Of a stretch of 64,000 nucleotides of DNA, positions 57,319 to 64,000 are shown in pieces (position 1 is the stretch's first letter; every line of letters begins with the position of its first letter). The notes beneath the pieces are model-generated. The model did no database searches. It had not been told where the DNA came from and saw only the letters and a program-made list of their open reading frames with translations. Made by a program: the position numbers and the translations under genes. Source of the stretch: Gammaproteobacteria bacterium. GTDB taxonomy: Bacteria > Pseudomonadota > Gammaproteobacteria > Pseudomonadales > Halieaceae. The DNA lies in contig JANSYN010000010.1 of assembly GCA_024742415.1 (NCBI GenBank), positions 39,251 through 103,250 of the forward strand, written 5' to 3'.

Positions 57319-59235
57319 ATGACGTGTTTTTTTCTTCCCAGGGCACTGCCGCTGGCCATGCTGGCTGCAACCGCCTGTATAACGGGGTCCGCAAGTGCCG
57401 CTACGCCGTCGGCGGAAGCGCCACCGGCGCAAATGGAGCAGTTGCTGGTGACCGGTAGCTACGCGCCCACGGCGGACATTACCGCATCGGTAACGGTGCT
57501 CGATGCGCAGCTGATTGCAGCGCTGAACAAGCGCAGCGTGGCCGCACTGCTGAAAACGGTTCCGGGCTTGCTGGTTGAGGAGCAAGGCGGCCCCGGCGGA
57601 CTGACCGCCGTTTCCATACGCGGTGGCGAGGCCAATTTCACGCTGGTGTTGCTGGACGGCGTTGCCTTGAATGATCCCACCAATACCCGTGGCGGTGGCT
57701 TCGATGTCGCCAACCTTAACCCGACGCAGATAGAACGTATCGAAGTGGTGCGCGGCGCGCAGTCGTCGATTTACGGGTCCGATGCGCTGGCGGGGGTGAT
57801 CAATATCATCTCAAGGAAGGCGCGAGCCGGGCATCAGCAGCGCGTCAATCTTGAGGTTGGGGAAGATGACTTTCGCGATGCCGGCATCAGCTTCAGCGGT
57901 GTGCACGCAGACCTTGATTATCGCCTTGCGCTAACCACGCGCGACGAGGGCGAGCCGGTGCCTGGCAGCACGCGCGAAAACGACAGCGCGCATCTGCACC
58001 TGGGTTGGCGCGTGAACCAGCAGCACACGCTCGCGGCAAACCTGCGCTATCAGCAGGGCGAGCGCAGTGCTTACCCGGAACAAAGCGGTGGCCCGGAGTT
58101 CGCCCTGATCGATGCGCTGGACCATGCCGAGTATGAAGACAGGATCATTGCGCTTGACTGGCGCGCTGCGCTTTCCCCTGCGTGGAACAGCACGCTTACA
58201 GCGCAGCGGCTGGAACACCATGAAGACGTGGATTCACCCGGCATACCGCCGTTCTCTGCTGTGCCGCCGAACGGCGCCCGCACGCAGTACACACGCGATG
58301 ACCTGCGTTGGATCAACAGCGTGCTACTGGCAGAACACTACCGGCTCGATACGGGCGGGGATTTGCGCCAGGAGCAGGGCCGGGCCGAGGGCTATGTCGA
58401 GTTCTTTGGCGATCGCATGCCCACCAACTTTGCGCTCGACAGAAACACCCTGGGTGTGTTCGCCACGCTGAGCGCCACGCCCGTCGCCTCAACGGTGTTT
58501 AACACCAGCGTGCGCTATGACGACCCGGAGGGCTTTTCCAGTGAGACGTCATGGCGCCTGGGCGTGCGACATGCCGTGACACCCACGCTGCACCTCAGCG
58601 CCAATTGGGGTGAAGCCTACAAGCTCCCCAGTTTTTTTGCGCTGGGCAACGCGCTGGTGGGCAATCCTGACCTCAAGCCCGAGAAGGCCACGGGCAGTGA
58701 CATAGGCCTGGAATGGGCGATCGAGCGCGGACTGCACCTCGATCTCACGCTGTTCTATAACGATTTCAAGGATCTGGTGGACTTCGACGACGCCACCTTC
58801 CGCAACGTCAATCGCGGTCAGGTGGAAACTCAGGGTGTTGAGATGGCCCTGGCCTATGCACCTTCCACCCGGCTCAGTGTCATTGGTACGGGCACCTATA
58901 CGGACATCGATGTGCGCGAAGACACCCGGCTGACGGGGCGTCCGCAGTGGAGCGCGGGCCTGGCGGTGCAGTGGCAACTCGCGCTGGCATGGGACACCAG
59001 CGTGGACTATCGTTACACCTCAGGGCAGTGGTCCATTTCGCGCCACACCGGGCAGGAGCGCGCCGCACGACTCGACGACTACTATCGCCTGGACTGGGTG
59101 CTGCGTTGGCAGGCGGCCGAGGGCGTACAACTGCGCGCATCGCTGGACAACCTGCTGGATGCACGTTACGACACAGCCGTTGGTTTTGCGGCACCCGGTC
59201 GCGCGGCCCGGTTTGGCGTGCAACTGGAATTCTAG
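57319..59235 (+). CDS. TonB-dependent receptor (compact, BtuB/CirA-like)
   Basis: Signal peptide, TonB-box-like EQLLVTGS, plug motif IERIEVVRGAQSSIYGSDALAGVINII, GNPDLKPE, DNLLD..Y and C-terminal Phe. Confidence 0.93.
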   Translation: MTCFFLPRALPLAMLAATACITGSASAATPSAEAPPAQMEQLLVTGSYAPTADITASVTVLDAQLIAALNKRSVAALLKTVPGLLVEEQGGPGGLTAVSIRGGEANFTLVLLDGVALNDPTNTRGGGFDVANLNPTQIERIEVVRGAQSSIYGSDALAGVINIISRKARAGHQQRVNLEVGEDDFRDAGISFSGVHADLDYRLALTTRDEGEPVPGSTRENDSAHLHLGWRVNQQHTLAANLRYQQGERSAYPEQSGGPEFALIDALDHAEYEDRIIALDWRAALSPAWNSTLTAQRLEHHEDVDSPGIPPFSAVPPNGARTQYTRDDLRWINSVLLAEHYRLDTGGDLRQEQGRAEGYVEFFGDRMPTNFALDRNTLGVFATLSATPVASTVFNTSVRYDDPEGFSSETSWRLGVRHAVTPTLHLSANWGEAYKLPSFFALGNALVGNPDLKPEKATGSDIGLEWAIERGLHLDLTLFYNDFKDLVDFDDATFRNVNRGQVETQGVEMALAYAPSTRLSVIGTGTYTDIDVREDTRLTGRPQWSAGLAVQWQLALAWDTSVDYRYTSGQWSISRHTGQERAARLDDYYRLDWVLRWQAAEGVQLRASLDNLLDARYDTAVGFAAPGRAARFGVQLEF

Positions 59236-59245
59236 GGTGGTGGGT

Positions 59246-59980
59246 ATGCGCAGTGTTGTAGTGATCCTTGTTGTCGCGTGGGCCGCAGTACTGGGTGGCT
59301 GTTCTGACGACGAGGTTATCGCGCCAGGGGAATGCGTGAACGCGCTCAGCGCGCAGGAGCAAACCGCGGGCTGGCGTTTGCTCTTTGACGGGCAATCCCT
59401 GGCGCAATGGCGCAGTTATCAGCACGATGAATTGAAAGAAGGCTGGGGTATCGAGAACGGCTGCCTGGCGCGTCTGGGACGCGCGGGTGACATTATCAGC
59501 CGCGAGCAGTTTGGTGACTTCGAGCTGAAACTGGAATGGCGGGTCTCTGCGGCCGGCAACAGCGGCATTTTTATTCGTGGAGACGAGTCCGGTCGCAGCA
59601 TTCACCACACCGGCTATGAAATGCAGGTACTGGATAACGCCGGGCATCGGGATGCCAAAGACCCGACGCACCGTGCCGGCGCGCTGTACGACATGATCGC
59701 CCCTGATCACGACACCACCCAACCTGTGGGCTACTGGAATCGCGTGCATATCGTTGCGCGCGGTCGCGTCGTGGAATTCTGGCTGAACGAGCGCCTGACC
59801 GCGCGCTTTGAACAGGGCAGCAGCGACTGGCAGGCGCGCTATGCGCGCAGCAAGTTCACTGACAGGCCGGATTATGGCAGCCTCCTGCGCGGCCATATTG
59901 GCTTTCAGGACCACTGGGACAAGGTCTGGTTTCGCAATATCCGGATTCTCACTGCCGACCAGGCGGGCCAAACAAACTGA
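59246..59980 (+). CDS. DUF1080 (3-keto-disaccharide hydrolase/lyase) lipoprotein
   Basis: Lipobox LGGC, LLFDGQSL..W, FELKLEW, GNSGIF, EMQVLD, GALYD, WNRVHI, GHIGFQDH and VWFRNIRI. Confidence 0.9.
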   Translation: MRSVVVILVVAWAAVLGGCSDDEVIAPGECVNALSAQEQTAGWRLLFDGQSLAQWRSYQHDELKEGWGIENGCLARLGRAGDIISREQFGDFELKLEWRVSAAGNSGIFIRGDESGRSIHHTGYEMQVLDNAGHRDAKDPTHRAGALYDMIAPDHDTTQPVGYWNRVHIVARGRVVEFWLNERLTARFEQGSSDWQARYARSKFTDRPDYGSLLRGHIGFQDHWDKVWFRNIRILTADQAGQTN

Positions 59981-60052
59981 ATTAACACTGGTCGCACTGT
60001 TGTGCTGCCGTATAATCGGAACAATGACCGCTGAAATGTCCCTGCTTTACCG

Positions 60053-61111
60053 ATGACTGTTTTACTCATTTATTTGTCGATCGCCATCGGCATATCATTC
60101 ATGTGCTCTATTCTGGAAGCCGTATTGCTCTCGGTGACGCCGGGCTTTATTGAGCATACGCTGGGCAAGAATCCACGCCGTGGCGCGAAACTCAAGCGGG
60201 TGAAGGAGAATCTCGAAGAGTCGATTTCCTCCATACTCATCCTCAACACCTTCGCGCATACGATGGGCGCCGCCGGGGTGGGGGCGCAGGCGACCAAGGT
60301 GTTCGGCGCACGTTGGGAAACGCTCATTGCCTTTTTGCTGACGCTGGCCATTCTGTATTTTTCTGAGATTATCCCAAAGACTCTGGGTGCAACCTTCTGG
60401 AAGCAGCTTGCGCTGCCCGCCGCACAGCTGATCGGCTGGCTGGTGAAGATCCTGTATCCGCTGGTGTGGCTATCGGCCAAACTGACCGCGCTGTTTTCCA
60501 AAGAGGGCGGCAACGCGGCGATCAGCAGGGAAGAGCTTGCCGCCATGGCCAAGCTCGGTGCCAGGCACGGCTCGCTGGGCTCGCAGGAGAGCCTGCTGAT
60601 GGGCAATATTTTGCAACTGCGCGCCAAGCGCACGTCAGAGATACTCACGCCGCGCACGGTGGTGAGCGCGTTGCCTGTGGAGCTCACCGTCAGTGCGGCA
60701 CTCGAGGCGATAGAAGAACTGCAGTTCACACGCCTGCCCGTATTTGAGGACGATCTGGATACAGTCGTTGGCCTTGTCTTGCGGCCAACGCTGCTGATTG
60801 CCGAGCGCAAAGAGGGCGGCGAACGGCCACTGACGGACTACGTCGTCCCTATCTACCGCGTGTCCGAGGAATTGCCGGTGTTACGCTTGCTGGATCTGTT
60901 CATCAAGCGTCGCGAGCACTTGTTCCTGGTAGAAGACCAGTACGGCCAGACGGCAGGTATTGTGACACTCGAAGACGCGGTGGAAACCCTGCTTGGCCGC
61001 GAAATCATGGACGAGAGCGACCAGGTCGCGGATATGCAGGAGTTGGCGCGGACCCGGTATCGCGGTCGCCTGCGCGATTCCCGCGAGGCCGAGAGCGACC
61101 CTGGATCCTAG
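60053..61111 (+). CDS. CNNM/DUF21-CBS domain membrane protein
   Basis: CSILEAVLLS, ILILNTFAHTMGAAG, FSEIIPKTLG, ILTPRTVV, TRLPVF and GIVTLED.VE.LLG.EI.DE.D. Confidence 0.92.
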   Translation: MTVLLIYLSIAIGISFMCSILEAVLLSVTPGFIEHTLGKNPRRGAKLKRVKENLEESISSILILNTFAHTMGAAGVGAQATKVFGARWETLIAFLLTLAILYFSEIIPKTLGATFWKQLALPAAQLIGWLVKILYPLVWLSAKLTALFSKEGGNAAISREELAAMAKLGARHGSLGSQESLLMGNILQLRAKRTSEILTPRTVVSALPVELTVSAALEAIEELQFTRLPVFEDDLDTVVGLVLRPTLLIAERKEGGERPLTDYVVPIYRVSEELPVLRLLDLFIKRREHLFLVEDQYGQTAGIVTLEDAVETLLGREIMDESDQVADMQELARTRYRGRLRDSREAESDPGS

Positions 61112-61136
61112 AGCCTGATTCCTGCGCCTTAAATCC

Positions 61137-61241
61137 TGAATCCCGAAGCCAGAAGCCGAAAGCCGGAAACCGGAAACCGGAAGCCGGAAGCCAGAAGCCA
61201 GAAGCCAGAAGCCAGAAGCCAGAAGCCAGAAGCCAGAAGCC
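61137..61241. repeat. Heptamer tandem repeat (AGAAGCC and variants), 15 units
   Basis: Seven consecutive perfect AGAAGCC units at 61193-61241, preceded by GGAAGCC/GGAAACC variants, between convergent genes. Confidence 0.92.
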
Positions 61242-61366
61242 CAAACCTTAAATGATTGCCCCTTGACTCTGGGCAAGTTCCACCATGATTACGCCGACGC
61301 ATCGCGCTGAGCCCTCAGGCGGTTGTGTCGCGTTGCGGAGTGCGCCGGACACAAACCACAGGCGGC

Positions 61367-62338
61367 TCAGGGCGCGCACCGCGCCATCAGTTCGGCATTG
61401 GTCGGCAGTGCCGCAAAGCACTGGGCACGACAGGCGTCCGCCTCGTCGCCCCATGTGAGCGGGTTCAGGGTGCAGCCGGCCAGGCACGGCCCTACGGCCT
61501 TGCCCATTTCCCAGCGCATACAGGAGCGATCATCGTCAGTGAGGTACGCAGCGCCAGGCGCGGCCAGGAACTGCCCGATGGCAGGCGTTGTACTGTTTGG
61601 CGCCAGCCCGGTGCGTGCAGAGCCGTCCTGGTTGAGGTTTCCCGTTACCCACAACACCGCATTGGTGAGCAGGCGCTGGTAGGCCGGATCGTCAATGGTG
61701 GCAGTGCTGTGGCCCAGCGTGGTGCCGAACAGGCGCGTGTCGCCGGCGCTGTGGATCCAGGCGGTCACATGTTGTGCGCCATCCTCACCTGTCGCCTGCA
61801 GCAGCGCGCTGCCCTGGAATGCCAGGTTGATGTAGAGCTCATCATGGGCAATACGCCAGGGGCTTGGTATACCGGTGAGAATAGGGTGGCGCACCACCTG
61901 CTGCTGCTCGATTTCGCCAATCGATTCATGCGCCGTGGTGTGCAGTCCGTGCAGAGGCCACCACAGGTCTGTGGTGCGAAAAGAATGCATGGCGCAGTGC
62001 AGCACGATGGCCGGTATGCGCAGTGTTTCGGTCTGGCGGCGCAAATTGCCGATGAGTGCGGCGTCGCTGTTATCAGCCATGCAGATGTTGTAGATGATAA
62101 CGTCATAGTCGCGAGCAAAGTCGGCTTGCTGCCAGCGCGCGGTGTCCGCGAGTGAGACGTCGAACTGGATGTGGATGTTGCCGGCAAGGGCGGAGGTGAT
62201 GGCCTGGCTCTGGTATGCGTAATCATGATAGATGCCAGGGCTGGTCAGCAGCAGCGCCTTGATCTGTGCGTGGGCAAGGCTGCCCGGCAGCAGTGTGGCT
62301 GCCAATAGGAAAAATACTGTGCGGATATCAGGCGTCAT
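61367..62338 (-). CDS. Exported ThuA-like (class I GATase-fold) protein with a Cys-rich C-terminal tail
   Basis: Signal peptide ending AHA-Q; YDVIIYN, VLHCA.HSF, HPILTG.P.PW...DELY and RLFGTTLGH; six-Cys tail. Confidence 0.8.
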   Translation of the reverse strand: MTPDIRTVFFLLAATLLPGSLAHAQIKALLLTSPGIYHDYAYQSQAITSALAGNIHIQFDVSLADTARWQQADFARDYDVIIYNICMADNSDAALIGNLRRQTETLRIPAIVLHCAMHSFRTTDLWWPLHGLHTTAHESIGEIEQQQVVRHPILTGIPSPWRIAHDELYINLAFQGSALLQATGEDGAQHVTAWIHSAGDTRLFGTTLGHSTATIDDPAYQRLLTNAVLWVTGNLNQDGSARTGLAPNSTTPAIGQFLAAPGAAYLTDDDRSCMRWEMGKAVGPCLAGCTLNPLTWGDEADACRAQCFAALPTNAELMARCAP

Positions 62339-62579
62339 TGCGTATTCCAGGCCGCTTCCCGTTGGGGGTCGGCCGTTGCTTGGGACAGGTTGTCAATCCT
62401 TTGTGGCATCTTGTGGGGCCTTGTTATTGTCGGTGTGTCTTGTCGCTCCGCGCTTGCTGTTGCCGGTACTGCTGTGCTTGCTGCGACCACAGGTGTAACG
62501 ACCGGCGCGGTGCCCGGTAGGGCATCGTTGACGCAGCGGTGCAAGCCTGAGTGCTGCGCCCTGCCACAGGCAGTTGTGA

Positions 62580-64000
62580 TCAGCGCGCGTTACCTGCAGT
62601 GTGCGACTCGGGCAGTGCGTACGCAATATAAGTGCTGGCGGAGGGCTGGTCCACTCTGCCACCGCCGGCAGCGATGACCACAAACTGCCGTTGGCCCGCC
62701 CGGTAAATGGCCGGCGTCGCAAAACCCGCAGCGGGCAGCGTGGTTTGCCACAGCAACTCCCCCGAGGTCTTGTCGAAAGCGCGCAGTTTTGCGTCCGGCG
62801 TTGCTGCAATAAACAGCAGGCCCCCTGCCGTAACCACCGGTCCACCGTAATTCTCAGCGCCCAGCCCCGACAGGCCCATGGCCAGTGCCTGTGGATAGTC
62901 ACCCAGCGGTACCTTCCAGGCAATGCTGCCGCGGTTCATGTCCATGGCTACCAGGCTGCCCCATGGTGGTTGTGAGCCGGGCAGTTTGTGCTCATCGCGT
63001 AGCACGTGAAAGCCATCGGCCATGTAGCCTGTGATGTTGCCACTGGCCTCGCGGCTGGCGATTTCATCGTCAGCGGCGGTGTACAGGTATGCAATGGCGC
63101 CCGCCAGGTAGTACCAGGGCTCGTTGGAGAATGCCGGCATGCGGCCGCGGCCCTGCCGGGCAATAGCGTAGACCTCCCAGGGCCAGTACTTCGCGCTGAT
63201 GTTTTGCAGTGAGGGAAAAATCTGCCCGTTGCCCGCGCGATCGGCGCCATGGCAACTGCCGCAGAATTGCAGGTAGGCAAACTCGGTACTCATGACGTGC
63301 AGGCCACCCTCGGCAACCGAGGGCACCAGTTTGAAATACCACGGCACTTCGTTGGTATTGATGTACAGCATACCGGTGCTGGGATCATAGGCTTGTCCGC
63401 CCCACTCGGCACCACCATCGAGCCCGGGATAGATTACGATGCCCTGCTCATCGGGCGCGTGATAGGGCGCCGAGATGCTCATACCCTGAATGAGTTCACT
63501 GATGTAGGCATGGCTGCCGCTGGTGACCTTGGAGATTGCAAACTGCTGGTTGGCAAATGGCGGCGGCACGCTGGGCAGTGGCTGCGTTGTGGGCAAGTGT
63601 TCGCCCGGCGCACCGGCGCCTGTTACGGCAACCTCCTCAATGGGAAACAGCGGTTCGCCGGTGTCACGATGAAACACAAAGACATGGCCCGATTTGGTGG
63701 CCTGGGCGACAGCGGGGATGCGCTGGCCGTCGCGCATGATATGAATAAGGTTGGGTGGTGTGGGTAAATCCCTGTCCCAGAGATCATGGCGCACAAACTG
63801 ATAGTGCCACAGTCGCTCGCCGCTGGCGGCATCCAGCGCCACCAGGGAGTTGGCGTAGAGGTTGTCGCCGGCGCGGTTGGCGCCGTAGAAATCGTAAGCC
63901 GCAGAGCCTGTGGGAACGAAGGCTATGCCGCGCTGTTCATCCACGGTAATCCCCGCCCAGGAATTGGCTCCGCCGATAGTGGCACGGGTTGCCTCTGGCC
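62580..64000 (-). CDS. PQQ-dependent dehydrogenase (glucose-dehydrogenase-like) with an internal cytochrome c domain; 5' end outside the window
   Basis: GGANSWAG, NLYANSLVALDA.SG..LWHYQ.V.HD.WD.D, PGLDGGAEWGG, CGSCH, PPWG.LVA.D...G..AW, ENYGGPVVTAGGLLF and AFDK.SGELLW. Confidence 0.92.
   Translation of the reverse strand, partial: PEATRATIGGANSWAGITVDEQRGIAFVPTGSAAYDFYGANRAGDNLYANSLVALDAASGERLWHYQFVRHDLWDRDLPTPPNLIHIMRDGQRIPAVAQATKSGHVFVFHRDTGEPLFPIEEVAVTGAGAPGEHLPTTQPLPSVPPPFANQQFAISKVTSGSHAYISELIQGMSISAPYHAPDEQGIVIYPGLDGGAEWGGQAYDPSTGMLYINTNEVPWYFKLVPSVAEGGLHVMSTEFAYLQFCGSCHGADRAGNGQIFPSLQNISAKYWPWEVYAIARQGRGRMPAFSNEPWYYLAGAIAYLYTAADDEIASREASGNITGYMADGFHVLRDEHKLPGSQPPWGSLVAMDMNRGSIAWKVPLGDYPQALAMGLSGLGAENYGGPVVTAGGLLFIAATPDAKLRAFDKTSGELLWQTTLPAAGFATPAIYRAGQRQFVVIAAGGGRVDQPSASTYIAYALPESHTAGNAR

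Noticed and set aside
60881-61276. ORFs with LLASGFW repeats (60881-61276 and 61005-61244)
   Set aside because: They are translation artefacts of the heptamer repeat, antisense to the CNNM gene.
62335-62579. 69-aa ORF ending in ATGA on the ThuA start, and four TTGT tetramers at 10-11 bp spacing (62390-62424)
   Set aside because: The ORF has a TTG start, no RBS and low-complexity composition, and the phased tetramers are too short to distinguish from chance.
1-64000. Mobile elements, prophage, defence systems, tRNA or rRNA
   Set aside because: I recognised no transposase, integrase, phage hallmark gene, terminal repeats or structural RNA signatures, and saw no obvious compositional island by eye.

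Overview
About 64 kb of GC-rich, gene-dense chromosome from what looks like a marine gammaproteobacterium (gene content suggests Halieaceae/OM60-NOR5; this is inference, not a database result). It holds roughly 54 likely CDSs. I saw no rRNA, tRNA, CRISPR array, transposase, integrase or prophage. From left to right: (1) housekeeping genes (aromatic/aspartate aminotransferase, Uup, acetoacetate-CoA ligase, heme A synthase); (2) a minus-strand run of cytochrome P450, double-CDGSH Fe-S protein, Tag glycosylase and a small DRR-repeat protein that has a perfect CRP box upstream; (3) a GT-C glycosyltransferase-like gene pair; (4) a pqiA-pqiA-pqiB-pqiC operon whose 5' end sits in a 12-bp tandem array with one 11-bp unit; (5) a 1246-aa exported di-heme protein with hydrazine-synthase-alpha-like architecture; (6) a TetR-linked lipid/acid catabolic cluster with an LvaC/LvaA/LvaD-like core; (7) a hexuronate cluster (uxuA, kdgK, uxaC, uxuB, FadR-type regulator with a visible promoter and operator) containing an NRAMP-fold transporter that lacks the metal-binding motif; (8) exported redox/sugar enzymes: a DUF1080-dehydrogenase-cytochrome c fusion, a TonB receptor with a DUF1080 lipoprotein, a ThuA-like protein and a PQQ/heme c dehydrogenase truncated by the window edge. 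All family calls come from motif recognition by eye. Where my start differs from the ORF track, I chose it from RBS, overlap or family N-terminus.
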